The notes below the pieces were generated by a model. That model was not told where the DNA came from. It made no database searches and saw nothing but the letters and a program-made list of their open reading frames with translations. A DNA stretch of 64,000 bases, from NCBI RefSeq assembly GCF_018350175.1, contig NC_058368.1, positions 87,360,001 to 87,424,000 of the forward strand, read 5' to 3'. Positions 1-13,185 of the stretch are shown one piece after another (the stretch's first letter is position 1; each line of letters starts with the position of its first letter). Source of the stretch: Felis catus (Eukaryota). The position numbers and the translations under genes were made by a program.

Positions 1-790
1 TTTATGTCTCTATTAGCCATCTCTATGTATTCTTTGGAAAAGTGTCTATTCATGTCTTTTGTCCCTTTCTTCACTGGATTATTTGTTTTTTAGGTGTTGA
101 GTTTGATAAGTTCTTTATAGATTAAGGATATTAACCCGTTATCTAATATTTCATTTGCAAATATCTTTTCCCATTCTGTCAGTTGCCTTTTAGTTTTGTT
201 GATTGTTTATTTTGCTGTATTGCAACATTATTTATAATAGCCAACATATTGGAGAAATCCAAATGTCCATTGATAAGTGAATGGGTAAGAAAGATGTTAT
301 ACAATAGAATATCATCCCGTCATCTTAAAAAGATGAGATAGTGCCATTTGTGACAACATGGATGGACCTAGAGTGTGTTATGCTAAGTGAAATAAGTCAG
401 ACTGAGAAAGACAAATACCAATGATTTCATTCATGTATGGAATATAAAAAGAAAAAAAAGAAAAAATAAACAAAAAGCAGAATCAGATATATAGGTACAC
501 AGAACAAACTAACGCTAAAAGGGATGCTAAAAGGGAAGAGGGTGGGAGGATAGGTAAAATGGGTAAAAGAGAGTGGAAAATACAGGCTTCCAGTTATGGA
601 ATGAAGAAGTCATGAACATAAAAGGCACAGCACAGGGAACATAGTCAATGATATTGTAATAGTGATGTATGGAGACAGATAGTGGTTACAATTGTTCTGA
701 GCATTGCATAATGTATAAACCTGTTGAATTATTCTGTTGTACACCTGACACTAATGTGACTATACTCAACAATGTCAATGATACTCAGAC
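1..790. mobile_element. LINE-1 3' end with probable 5' inversion (1-218 on -, about 219-790 on +)
   Basis: Late ORF2 sequence in reverse abuts the forward ORF2 end and 3'UTR. Confidence 0.65.
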
Positions 791-799
791 TTTTTAAGG

Positions 800-1405
800 A
801 GTTTTCATCATTAACAGATACTGAATTTTTTCAAGTATTTATTCCACATTTATTAAAATAATAATATACTTTTTTTTTCTTTTATTGTATTTATGTTGTA
901 TGTATTAATTGAGTTGCATATATTGAACCATCCTTGCATCCCAAGGATAAGTCCCACATTGATCGTGGGGCATGATGCTTTCAATGGGCTGCTGAATTCA
1001 GTGTGCTAGCATTTTACTGAGAATGTTTGCACCTATATTCATCACGGATATTGGTCTGCAGTTTTCTTTTCTGCTGGTGTCCTTATCTGGATTTTGTATT
1101 AAGGTAATACTGCCCTTTTTAAATGAGTTTGGCAGTGTTCCTTCCTCTGATTTTTTTGGAAGAGTTTGAGGTTTGGTGTTATTTCTTTTAAATATTTGGT
1201 AAAATTCACCAGTGAAGACATCTGGTCCTAGGCTTTTCTTTATTGGGAGATTTTTTTTATTACTGATTCAGTCTGTATAATAGTAATTGATCTATTCAGA
1301 TTTTCTATGTCTTCCTGATTCAGTTTTGGTAGTTTGTATGTTTCTCAAATTTTTCTCCATTATATCTAGGCTGTGCAGTTTGTTGCCATAAGTTGTTCAT
1401 AGTGG
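800..1405 (-). mobile_element. Old LINE-1 ORF2 fragment
   Basis: Reverse complement of the L1 RT-proximal region (ttgaaccatccttgcatccc, tttggaagagtttgag). Confidence 0.75.
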
Positions 1406-1430
1406 CAAAGGTTAGTTTTATTTTTTTAAG

Positions 1431-1618
1431 TTGATTTATTTATTTTGAGAGAGAGCATGAGCAGAGGACAGGCAGAGGGAGAAGGAAAGAGAAAGAATCC
1501 CAAGAAGGCTCCATGCTCAGTGCAGAGCCCTACACAGGGCTCAATCTCCTGAAACTGTGAGATCATGACCTAAGTCAAAATCAACAGACACTTAACCGAC
1601 TGAACCACTCAGGCACAC
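1431..1618 (-). mobile_element. Can-SINE
   Basis: tRNA-derived head, (CT)n and A-tail on -; TSD tggcaaagg/tggcaaggg followed by ttagttt. Confidence 0.85.
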
Positions 1619-1871
1619 TGGCAAGGGTTAGTTTAAAAGAATGACCTACCACAATCTCATGTTCTAGGAGTTTGCTAGAATCATCCACCTTTGAAGAAAT
1701 TAACAGATGAAAATGTCCAAAAAGGGACAGAGATGAAAGAACAGCCAGTAAAAGTTTACAGAAAATATTAATAGAGAAAGGGTGATGTTCTAAAATCAAA
1801 TATCATCTTTCTCTACCTCTTTTAGGTGGTGTTCTAACTGATGTGTTGTTCCTTGTAGATTCAGGTGGGCG

Positions 1872-2819
1872 CTGGATAGACATGCTAATGGCACTGTCCC
1901 AGATGGCTTCATTCTCTTGGGCTTCTCGGATAACCCTAGGCTAGAAATGACCCTATTTATGGCGGTTTCTGTCTTTTACACAGTCACACTAGTGGGCAAC
2001 ACCACCATCATACTCCTGTCTCACCTGGACCCCCACCTCCACACCCCCATGTACTTCTTCCTCACCCACCTCTCCATCCTGGACCTCTGCTTTACCACCA
2101 GCTGCATCCCTCAGATGCTCGTGAATTTCTGGAGTTCGGACAAGACCATCAGCTATTTGGGGTGTGCAGTCCAGCTCTACATCTTCCTGGGACTCGGAGC
2201 TTCAGAATGTGTTCTGCTGCTGGTCATGGCCTTCGACCGCTATGTGGCAGTGTGCCGGCCCCTGCACTATGCAGTAATCATGCACCCACCCCTGTGTCAC
2301 AAGTTGGCTTTCCTGGTCTGGGCAAGTGGGGTTTTTGGCACATTGGTGCAGTCTCCCACTACCATGAAACTCCCCTTTTGCCATCACCACCAGGTTGATG
2401 ACTTTGTCTGTGAGGTCCCTGCACTGATCCGCCTGGCTTGTGGAGACACACATGTCAATGAGCTTCAGATCTCAGTGATTGGTGCCATCTTCCTGCTGGG
2501 GCCCCTGCTGCTCATCCTTGTCTCCTATGGCCGTATCACCCAGGCAGTGCTGGCCATCCAGTCCCAGAATGGAAGGATTAAAGCCTTCCATACCTGCTCC
2601 TCCCACCTGGCTGTTGTTTTTCTCTTCTACTGCAGTGTCACCGCTGTCTATATCCAACCCCGTAGTCATTTTTCCCAGAAAGGAGGGAAATTTCTAACTC
2701 TCTTCTACACTGTGGTGACCCCCACTCTCAACCCCCTCATCTATACTTTAAGGAACAAGGACATGAAGCAAGCTTTCAGGAGACTCCTAGGGAAAGGCAG
2801 AATGTCCAGTGAAGAGTGA
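1872..2819 (+). CDS. Olfactory receptor, class II family 2 (OR2H-like), 315 aa if read from CTG at 1872; start codon non-canonical or uncertain
   Basis: Open frame LDRHANGTVPDGFILLGFSD...; OR motifs LHTPMYFFL, MAFDRYVAVCRPLHY, KAFHTCSSHL and PTLNPLIYTLRNKDMK; N-glycosylation sequon NGT. In-frame TGA at 1839-1841 and no in-frame ATG until 1947. Subfamily assigned by recalled similarity to OR2H1/2 only. Confidence 0.9.
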   Translation: MDRHANGTVPDGFILLGFSDNPRLEMTLFMAVSVFYTVTLVGNTTIILLSHLDPHLHTPMYFFLTHLSILDLCFTTSCIPQMLVNFWSSDKTISYLGCAVQLYIFLGLGASECVLLLVMAFDRYVAVCRPLHYAVIMHPPLCHKLAFLVWASGVFGTLVQSPTTMKLPFCHHHQVDDFVCEVPALIRLACGDTHVNELQISVIGAIFLLGPLLLILVSYGRITQAVLAIQSQNGRIKAFHTCSSHLAVVFLFYCSVTAVYIQPRSHFSQKGGKFLTLFYTVVTPTLNPLIYTLRNKDMKQAFRRLLGKGRMSSEE

Positions 2820-3076
2820 GGAGCAGCTCAGACTCAAGGGGAAGTCAGCTTTTGTCCAGTTCATTTGCTGATTTGCATGCATGAGGACTCTCAATCATCA
2901 ACTCTAAAGAAGAGAGGGGCCAATTGCGTGCTTTGTACAGACAGTGGACTAATGAAAAGTAAACGTGATGCATCTGGCAATGTTATTCTTAAACTTAAAT
3001 GTAGGAGAAACATTGCTCTGAGTCAAGCTACCATCAGGAAGTAGACACCATTTTCATTATTATAAAAAGACGGCAT

Positions 3077-3297
3077 GGGGTACTGGGTGGCTCAGTCAGT
3101 TAAGCATCTGACTTCAGCTCACGTCATAACCTCGTGGGTTCAAGCCCTGAGTTGGGATCTGTGCTGACAGCTCAGAGCTTGGAGCCTGCTTCAGATTCTG
3201 TGTCTCCCTCTCTGCTCCTCTCTGTCTCTCTCTCTCTCAAAAATAAATAAACTTAAAAATGTTTAATAAAAATAAATAAAAAATAAAAATAAAAAAA
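3077..3297 (+). mobile_element. Can-SINE (SINEC_Fc-type)
   Basis: Head ctgggtggctcagtcagttaag, (CT)n and polyA. Confidence 0.9.
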
Positions 3298-4245
3298 GAG
3301 CATTTGCTACAAGGAATTATTAGCTAGATAGATATTAAAGGAGACAAAGTGCACAAAGGAGCAGCCTCTAGCACTAGGAGAACACAAGGAAAGAACAGGA
3401 ATGTTTTAAACTGATGGCCTAGAGAAGAGACCCCTGGGAGCATAAATTTTCTGACCTCCTACTTGTGAGTCAGGAGTATTGCTAGCTGGGCTGATGTCAC
3501 TGAGGAAATGCTGGTTTTGCTCACCACCCAGTGGAGAATGCTGATTCAACCACTTTTACCTAATCTACTGCAGATTAAACGAACAAGAAAGACACCAAAG
3601 AAGCAAAGAAGAAAGAGCGAGTCTCCTTCCCAACATTAAGCCTGCAGCCACCTGCCTGTATCACCCCATATGCATGAGGCCTAAAAAGAAATGAGCAAGC
3701 AAAACAAACATATGACATGCACACTCCCAGCACCAGCCTCACAATGAGGCTGAGTGATTCAAGTGTGGGTTAGAGTTGTAAGACTCTGGCATCTCACAAT
3801 TCTTAACTCTACAAGAGGAATCCAGAATACAAATCTAATCAAGAGGAAGGCACAGCTGTGGTCATTTTATGGATTATGGTCAGTGTAATTCCCACACATC
3901 ACTTTTTGTGAAGGACTCCATGTCTGACCAGAATAATGACAAGAAGCAGGTATATGACTTCTCATTCATGAGGTACCCTAAAGAAAACAATAACATCAAA
4001 ATTGTTACAATCTTATGACTAAATGCATCTTCACTCTGCCTGGTACATTGGCTTACTTATTTATGTTTTTACCAATTCAAATACTTTCTCTCATTTAAAC
4101 ATCCAAGAATTTCTGTCTAAACCTATTTGATTCTAAAATTAAGAGTAAATTAACAACCTACCTGTCATTTCACCCTATTTCCTTTTGTACTTTAAAACCA
4201 CTATCACCAGTACAGCCACAATCAATTAAAATAATATGAAAATAG

Positions 4246-4480
4246 TGGTGCCTGGGTGACTCAATTGGTTAAGCGTCCAACTCTTGATTTCGGCTCAAGT
4301 CATGATCTCATGGTTGGTGAGTTCGAGCCCCCTGTCAGGGGTCCACTGTGAATGTGGAGCCTACATAGGATTCACTCTCTCCCTCTCTCTCTGCCCCTCC
4401 CCACTCTTGCTCACTCACCCACACAGGTGCGCTCTCTCTCTCTCTCAAAATAAATACAAATACTTTAAATAATAATAATT
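4246..4480 (+). mobile_element. Can-SINE
   Basis: Head, (CT)n and A-tail; TSD atatgaaaatag. Confidence 0.9.
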
Positions 4481-4842
4481 ATATGAAAATAGGCTATGGA
4501 ATATGTAAAATAGAATCAAATATGGAATGTGTACAGAAAATTTCCCTTAGTGGATGCTAATTGCACTGATTTTTTTCTGCCAAGAGTAGGGATCATGGAA
4601 GTTAATAACCTGATATTAAAGGAAAAAAGAAATCCTTCATTTGACTTCATTGTTTCTCAATTCTTCTTTATCTTAGGAATGGTACATTTATTATAGCATT
4701 TGAAATATGTTTTGTCAAGTAAAGAAGCTACTTGTTGAAAAATGTGCTTTGAGATTAATATCTAATTTTTCACATGGATTTGGTAGAGTATGATTGTCCA
4801 AAAATTGCATAAAGATTGCATTCTTGAAATTGAGACAATTGC

Positions 4843-5063
4843 GGGGCACCTGAGTGGCTCAGTCAATTAGGCGTCTGGCTTCAGCTCAGGTCATGATCTC
4901 ATAGTCTGTGAGTTCGAGCCCCGTGTCAGGCTCTGTGCTGACAGGTCAGAGCCTGGAGCCTGCTTCAGATTCTGTGCCTCCCTCTCTCTCTGCCCCTCCC
5001 CTGCTCATGCTCTGTCTCTCTCTGTCTCAGAAATAAATAAAAACATTAAAAAATTAAAAAAAG
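4843..5063 (+). mobile_element. Can-SINE (SINEC_Fc-type)
   Basis: TSD gaaattgag(a/g)caattgc. Confidence 0.92.
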
Positions 5064-6393
5064 AAATTGAGGCAATTGCCTCAGTATTATAAATGTTAGT
5101 TGGGTACAATACATTGATTTTCATTATATAGCTGCAAGATGTAGGCATGTTCTGCATATCCATTTAAAGCAGAGTTTGTGTTTAAAATATGTCTTTGTGC
5201 CCTCTAAACACATGTGTGATGCTAGATTTTTCATATGACTTCCTTAGAAAAATTGATAAGAATTGTTCCCAAGTGCCCAGACAAGCTAAGATAGGAATCA
5301 GAATTGTATGAGTAGGTCTGAATTTGTCTTTGTGGAAGACTTAATCTAAAAATAGATTGGGAAAAGTTTCCTTATTTCTTAACCATAACACGGTATTTTT
5401 GTTGAGATCATCATTGAATAATGTAAGAATTAAACTATTAATTTGTTCAGTGACACTAAAGTTGAGTAGCCATCGTGTGTGGGTTCTTCCTATTGTTTAC
5501 AAAGTCTTTATGTCTTTAATCTGTTTGGTGAACTCCTGGTCATCTTTCAAGTTCCAGGTTAAGTGGCACTTCCATGAAGTGTTCTCTCTGCCAGGCAGAG
5601 TTGGCTGCTCTTCCCCACTGGCCCCATTACTGCTCTGCATTATCTGTTCTCGATACAGATATCTGTTATAGCCATATCACAATGGATTATGAATGTTTGT
5701 ATATCTTTTCTCCCTTTTCCCCAGCAGATAGTGAGTTTTTAATGGGCAGAAAGAATGCCTTACTTATTTCTTTAATATTAACTTCTTAAATAGGACTGAG
5801 TTTATTATAATGGGTTCTTTAGTTGGGAAAGTAAACAAACATAATTGCCTATATCTGCCTTTAGTTCATTTGTAATAACCTCTGCTGTTGGGCTTGGATT
5901 CAACTTAAATGATGTAAATAAAGCCAGTGTGTCTGTCAATTTTATATGGATGTGCTAGGTATAATAAAAAGACTGATTAAATATCCACCAAGTTAAATTA
6001 AACATTGGTATACTCTCTACTGCACCAATAAGTTAATGTAAAAGAATTTTATTATGCTGTATTCTGAAAAGGCAATATCATGAATCCTGTTTTATTAATA
6101 TCCAAATATGTTATATACCTTAATATAACCATTGATTGGTTTTGAGAGGTTTTATATGATGGACAGGATAGAGAAGGAATCAGATTGAAAAGAGATTTTA
6201 ATCTTCTGTACTTTTCCCTATGATTTTGCAAACGTACATTCCATATATATGCCTATAACTCTATAACTTTAAAATAACTCTATACCTTTATTAAAGCTTC
6301 AATATCTTCACTTATATTCAGAGTGGTAGCAACATAAAATTGAAAGATATAAAGTTGTGAAAGATAGAAAGTCATGTTTTAATAAAGAAACAA

Positions 6394-6619
6394 AGGGGCG
6401 CCTTGGTGGCGTAGTCGGTTAAGCGTCCGACTTCAGCCAGGTCACGATCTTGCAGTCCGTGAGTTCGAGCCCCGCGTCGGGCTCTGGGCTGATGGCTCAG
6501 AGCCTGGAGCCTGTTTCTGATTCTGTGTCTCCCTCTCTCTCTGCCCCTCCCCCGTTCATGCTCTGTCTCTCTCTGTCTCTCTCTGTCTCAAAAATAAATA
6601 AACGTTAAAAAAAAAAAAA
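6394..6619 (+). mobile_element. Young SINEC_Fc-type Can-SINE
   Basis: CpG-rich ggtggcgtagtcggttaagcgtccgacttcagccaggtcacg; polyA. Confidence 0.95.
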
Positions 6620-7189
6620 GAAACTAAATTGCTCCTTCAAAGAGCCTATAAAACTGAAAAGCATTCATTATAAATGTAATAAAAACTTACAAGTCCCATT
6701 TTATTAAAACTACACTCTGTTTTCTGAAGGGAATGGATCATTTAGAGGTAAACCAGTGACACTTTATATCTAGCAACATTCTTTATGTGAGATAAGACAT
6801 CTCCTGAAATGAAGTTGGTGGTTTTAACATGATCCCTAATGGAAATCCATTCATGTTAAAAGATTAGAATTTCTATTTTAGCAGTTTGAAGCTTCTGATG
6901 ATACTTTACCTCAATCAGGTTAATCACAATAGTAAATTACTTACTTCTCTAAGTTCCTTCAAGAAACAGATCAATCATGAAAGATAAAGCTTATGCTTCT
7001 ACTAATTGGTATGTTACATCATTCTAACATTCTGTAAACTTCTTACTGTAGTCAAATTATATTATTGCAGGATAATAACTTTCTAGTGATTACTATTAAC
7101 TTTTTTTCCCCTTTCAGATACAGTAATATTTTTAGTGTGTTAAAGGAAAATCATTTCCTTTTAGTCTTTAACTGCTTTCAGTGTGTTTA

Positions 7190-8650
7190 AATATCTTGTA
7201 CACATTGGGTTTATTTTAAATGAAACATTGTATTTTGAGATAATTGTAGATGCATATGCAGCTGTAAGAATTAATAAAGGTAGCTCATAGACCTTTTACC
7301 CACTGCCCCCAGTGGTAAAAACTTGCAAAACTGTATTGCAATATAACAACAAGCATACTGACATTGATACCCACAGGATACAGAGTATTTCCATTCCCAC
7401 AAGGATCCTTCATGTTGCCCTTCACAGCCACACCTGCTTCTCTCACAGCGCCATCACACCCTCTTAAATCTTGGCATGAACCCACCTATTCTGTGTTTCT
7501 ACATTTTGGTCAATTCGAGAAGTTTATATGAATGGAATTATGTAGAGAGGAACATTTCAAGATTGGCACTTCCCATTCAGGATAAATCTCTGGAAATTCA
7601 TCCAGGCTGTTGTGCGTATCAATAGTTTTTTTTTTCTCCCTTTTATTGCCAAATAGTTATTCCAGTGTATTGATGTACCAGTTCATCGACTCCTTCACCC
7701 ACTGAAAGTTTCTGAGCTGTCTCCAGTTTGGGTCTACAGGAATAAAGCTCCTATGAACATTTATGAACAGGCTTTTGTGTGATCATTAGAATTGTGTTTC
7801 TCTGGGATAAATGTCTAGGAGTGAAATTTCTGAGTCATACAGTAAATATCTAATTTTGTAAAAAACTGACACAAGCTTTCCAGGACAGGAATACAGTTTA
7901 CCATTTCCAACAACATATGAGCATTCTAGTTTCTCTGCATCCTTGCAAGCACTTGGTATTGTCACTATTTTTTTTTCAATTTTACCCATTCTGGTAGATG
8001 TTTAATGATGTCTCACTATGATTTTACTTATTTCTCTAATGGCTATCAATGATGAACACTTTTCATCTTTCATCAGTGAATCTTCCTCAATGTATCTTGT
8101 TTGCCTGTTTTCTAGCTGTTTTCTGTTGTTGAATTAGAGATTTCCTAAATATTCTACACATAAGTTTGTTTTGTCAGACACATAGCTTGGAAATACTGCC
8201 CCCCCCTCAAAATCTGTAGTTTGTTTTTCTCATAATTTTAACAAAGTCACAGAGCAAACATTTTAAGTGTTGATGAATTCTTATTTGCCAATTTCTTCCC
8301 TTTATGGGTCATGCATTTTGTGTCATCCCTAAATCCTCACCATGCCATAGGTCCAGGCTGTAGAAACTTTCTCCTATGTTGTTTTTTAAAGTTTTATAGT
8401 TTTTTTCATTTTACATAAAGCCCATGGTACATTTTTTTAAAGTTTTTATTATTTTTAAGTAATCTCTACACCCAACATGGGACTCGAGTTGATAATCCTG
8501 AGATTAAGACTCGCATACTACACCAAGTGAGCCAACCAGACACTGGTTTTTCAGTTAATTTTTACACAAAATGTAAGGTTGGGCCAAGGTTTGTTTGTTT
8601 ATTTGGCTTGTGGATATCCAATTGCTGCAGCACCACTCATTGAAAAGAGA
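7190..8650 (-). mobile_element. Old LINE-1 (L1M-type) 3' fragment
   Basis: Degenerate ORF2 C-terminal peptide (YDSEISLLDIYPRE) and L1 3'UTR-like sequence. Confidence 0.65.
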
Positions 8651-9334
8651 TTCTTCAGCTCCATGTCTGGGATAGAGGAATTAAAAACAAACAAGCAAAG
8701 AGACACAAACCTAGGGCCCTCACCACAGTGTCATTCCCTGTGTCCTGAGGTCCCCATCTGGTCTCTTCTCTCTACTTTCAAAGTCTTCTTAATATATGTT
8801 CCACATGCAGTGTGATGGGTTTAAGTTGGAAAATTAGATCCATCTTCAAACAAGTGTCATTCCACAGGATTTTTTGAAGTAATGTTAATATAAATAAAGA
8901 AATCAACAAAAGCATAATCTGCTAATGCAGTCCCCTCTGTCCAGGAGGAAAATAAAACTACTTATTTGCCTGAGTACTGTGCAGTAGAAAATTGAAAGAA
9001 AACTAAATCTGAGGATTAAAAGGCAAAAACTGAAACAGAACATGCAGTTTTTGGAGAAAAAAATGTTGATGAAGTTACTTAGCTTCAAAGATAAAAAAGC
9101 AGAATCTAAAGGTATCCAGTCAGAAAAGCAATGGAGAAGAATCAGAATAGGCTTCAATCTCAGCATAAAGGGGTGTGGTTTCTACACAGACCTGAGTTTC
9201 AAAGTGCCATCAACCCAGACTGTCACTGTACAAACCACAGGGAAATGTCACAGGCAAAAAGAACCATAAAGAAACTTTATACTGCATTTATTTACTGGCC
9301 TTGAATTTTGTCATTATTTTGTAACTATATACAG

Positions 9335-9565
9335 GATGGATGATAGATAGATAGATAGATAGATAATAGACACATGATATGTAGATAGGTAGATAGATGA
9401 TAGATACATAGATGGTATAGATAGATGATAGATAAAAAATTTGATGATAGATAATAGATGATAAATAGAGAAATGGGTAGATAGATAATTGACAGATGAT
9501 AAATGTATAGAAAGATACATAGATACATAGATAATAGATGATAGAGAGAGATGATAGCTAGATAA
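9335..9565 (+). repeat. Degenerate (GATA)n simple repeat
   Basis: gatagatagatagata tract; explains spurious YLSI-rich ORFs. Confidence 0.9.
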
Positions 9566-9648
9566 AGTAAATACATAATGATGTCAATGTGCTTAGGAAC
9601 CAAGATTTTATATCTAAAATAAAATAAAGATATAAAGCCAAGGAAGTT

Positions 9649-11220
9649 CACAAAGGAACACAAAGAGCCAAAGTAATATTGAAGAAGAAAACCAAAGTGG
9701 AAGGCATCACAATCCCAGACTTTAGCCTCTACTACAAAGCTGTAATCAAGACAGTATGGTATTGGCACAAAAACAGACACATAGGCCAATGGAATAGAAT
9801 AGAAACCCCAGAACTAGACCCACAAACGTATGGCCAACTCATCTTTGACAAAGCAGGAAAGAATATCCAATTTACTCTGGAAAAAAGACAGTCTCTTTAA
9901 CAAATGGTGCTGGGAGAACTGGACAGCAACATGCAGAAGAATGAAACTAGACCACTTTCTTCCACCATACACAAAAATAAAAATGGATGAAAGACCTAAA
10001 TGTGAGACAGGAAACCACCAAAACCCTAGAGGAGAAAGCAGGAAAAAATCTCTCTGACCTCAGCCGCAGCAATTTCTTACTTGACACATCTCCAAAGGCA
10101 AGGGAATTAAAAGCAAAAATGAACTATTGGGACCTCATCAAGATAAAAAGCTGCTGCATTGCAAAGGAAACAACCAACAAACCTAAAAGGCAACCGACGG
10201 AATGGCAAAAGATATTTGCAAATGACATATCGGACAAAGGGCTAGTATCCAAAATCTATAAAGAACTCACCGAACTCCACACCCGAAAAACAAATAATCC
10301 AGTGAAGAAATGGGCAGAAGACATGAATAGACACTTCTCTGAAGACATCCAGATGGCCAACAGGCACATGAAAAGATGCTCAATGTCACTCCTCATCAGG
10401 GAAATACAAATCAAAACCACACTCAACACCTCACACCAGTCAGAGTGGCTAAAATGAACAAATCAGGAAACCAGCAATGCTGGCGAGGATGTGGAGAAAC
10501 GTGAATCCTCTTGCACTGTTGGTGGGAATGCAAACTGGGGCAGCCGCTCTGGAAATCAGTGCGGAGGTTCCTCAAAAAATTAAAAATAGATCTACCCTAT
10601 GACCCAGCAATAGCACTGCTAGGAATTTACCCAAGGGATACAAGAGTGCTGATGCATAAGGGCACTTGTACCCCAATGTTTATAGTAGCACTTTCAACAA
10701 TAGCCAAATTATGGAAAAAGCCTACATGTCCATCAACTGATGAATGGATAAAGAAGACGTGGTTTGTATATACAATGGAATACTACTTGGCAATGGGAAA
10801 TAATGAAATCTGGCCTTTTGCAGCAACGTGGATGGAACTGGAGTGTATTATGCTAAGTGAAATAAGTCAGTCAGAGGAAGACAGATATCATGTGTTTTCA
10901 CTCATATGAGTATCTTGAGAAACTTAACAGAACACCATGGGGGAAAGGAAGGGGAAAAAAAAGTTACAGGGAGGGAGTGAGGCAAACCCTAAGAGACTCT
11001 TAAATACAGAGAGCAAACTGAGGGTTGATGGGGAATGGGGGAAGAAGGGAAAATGAGTGATGGGCATTGAGGAAGGCACCTGTTGAGATGAGCACTTGGT
11101 GTTGTACATAAGCTATGAACCACAGGAATGTATCCCAAAAATCAGAGGCACACTTTACACACTTTATGTTAGCCAATTTGATACTAAATTACATTAAATA
11201 ATAATAATAAAATAAATAAA
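9649..11220 (+). mobile_element. 5'-truncated felid-type LINE-1 (ORF2 C-terminus, 3'UTR, A-rich tail)
   Basis: ORF2 peptides ([22 protein letters not shown]); TSD taaagccaaggaagtt (9633-9648) and taatgccaaagaagtt (11221-11236). Confidence 0.92.
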
Positions 11221-11769
11221 TAATGCCAAAGAAGTTAAGAACACTTTCGACTTATTTTGAAACAGTAAATGTCACTATGAAATACTGACTTGTTTATTAA
11301 TAATAATAAACCCAGTAGTAGTCTAGGACCTAGAGTCCCAATTGTAACCACTATGCTAAGAAGCCAAAAATTTGTAAAAAAAGCCAAGAATTTTACTGTA
11401 AAAGAAGCCAAGAATTATAAATCTTAGATTGATTCCCATTAAACCTTGGAGCATGACAGAGATATTCACAACCACTCCCAGTAGCAAAAACTATGTAATG
11501 AACAAACTAGGGAGAAAAATAAGTTGTAAAAGAATGAGAAAGATTCAGAACTGTTATATGAAAGGGTTACCTTATATAGAAAATAAGCAGATCCACTAGG
11601 TGGAGCCACTAGACAAAGTACTGAAACATTAAGACCTCTTAATCCAATTGTTTGGCACCAGATAAACAGTAAATATTTAAACCATACCTTACTTAAATAA
11701 CAGTTTATTTATATTTATAAATAGCTATACATATAATTTTCACATTCCAGCAATGACATTACCAAATCA

Positions 11770-12660
11770 ACCTTCTTAGCTGAAGCCAGGAATAGAGGTA
11801 TGGTATATGGAAAGATCTATGAAAGACCTACTTCTCTGATGGTTTGGATCCCTGTGAATTGCACAGGAGACCAACAACATTTTTGTGAATGTTTTATCCA
11901 CAGAAACACGACAGCTTGGAAGCTTAAGGCGACAGATACAGAATGAAATGAGGGAACGCTGTCCATGTAAGATTCTACAGGCAGGAAAAGGGCCAACAAA
12001 GCTATGTATCCGGAAATATACATTAACCTTCAAGAAAAGGAAAGAATAATCCCAAAGCTGGTTCAGAGTTGGACAAGGCTGCCATGGCCATCAGGCCCAG
12101 AAGGTACAGGCCCAGGGGTAGGATTGTGTCTTCCTCAGTTCCAGGGGCCAGACAAGGAGGGCAGAGCATAACCACAGAGGATTATTCTTAAGCCTTGAAA
12201 TCTAATGAAATGTGTCCTGTCAGGTCACATACTTGCTTGGGACCAATGACTCCTATTTCCCTCCTGATTCTTCTCCCTTGGAATGGGGACATCTATCCTA
12301 CATCTGCCCCACCACTGTATTTGGGAAGCACATGGTATGATGTCTGATTTTACACATTCAAGGCTGGAAAGGATGTATCTTCCCTCAAATCTCACCCAAA
12401 TCTGATTTAGATGATATTTACCTGAAATTAGATGCTGGAATGAGTTAGGACTCTAGGGAACATTGAGAGATGGTGAATATATTTTACATGTGAAAAGAAC
12501 ATGAATTTGGGGAGAGGGTAGATTTATGAGTTGAATTGTGTTTCCCAGAATTCATATATTGAAACCCTAATGCCTCGCACCTCAGAATATGACCTTATTT
12601 GAAAAAACATAATTGCAGTTGTAATTAAATAAGATGAGGACATACATAGGGTGGACCTCC
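11770..12660 (+). mobile_element. MaLR (MLT1-like) internal remnant plus LTR start
   Basis: MLT1-like LTR start ttatgagttgaattgtgtttcccagaattcatatattgaa; boundaries approximate. Confidence 0.55.
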
Positions 12661-12789
12661 TTCATTTCCACAAGGATTTCTTCAAAGTCTGGTCACTGGG
12701 AAGGGTCCACTGAATGCCAGTGATAGCCTCAATTCTGAGAGTGAATGGTGCCATTTTAACCTGACTATACATTTTGCTGTTATAGGCTA

Positions 12790-13185
12790 TATTCATTTAC
12801 TAGGGCTGCCACAGACTGTGTAGTTTAAATGATACAAATGTATCACCTCACAGTTGCGGAGGTTAGAAATATGCCAGCAGGTGTGGTTCCTTCAAAGGGC
12901 AATGAGGAAAAATCCATTCCATGCCTGTCTCCTAGCTTCTGGTTGTCTCCTGGAAATCCTTGGTATTACATGGCTTGTAGATCTCTGCCTTCACGTGGTG
13001 TTTTCCCTGTATGCATATCTGTGTCCAAATTCCACTCCTTTATATCAGGTCACATTAGTTATAAATTAGGACTCATCCTACTCCACTATATTTCTACCTT
13101 TACATCTGCGATGGCCCTATTTCCAAATAAGGTCACACTCTGAGGTACTGGGGGTTAGGATTTTAACATGTGAATTGGAATGGCC
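12790..13185 (-). mobile_element. MaLR (MLT1-like) LTR
   Basis: ctatttccaaataaggtcacactctgaggtactgggggttagga motif. Confidence 0.65.

Noticed and set aside
2162..2697. Short ORFs overlapping the OR gene (likewise those overlapping NLRP3 exon 3)
   Set aside because: Shadow frames of GC-rich coding sequence with no independent support
6394..6619. tRNA-like heads of the SINEs as tRNA genes, or repeated SINEs as a CRISPR-like array
   Set aside because: Dispersed tRNA-derived Can-SINEs with TSDs and polyA tails; no cloverleaf gene and no repeat-spacer periodicity
9314..9789. Y/L/S/I-rich ORFs
   Set aside because: Translation of the (GATA)n repeat and antisense L1
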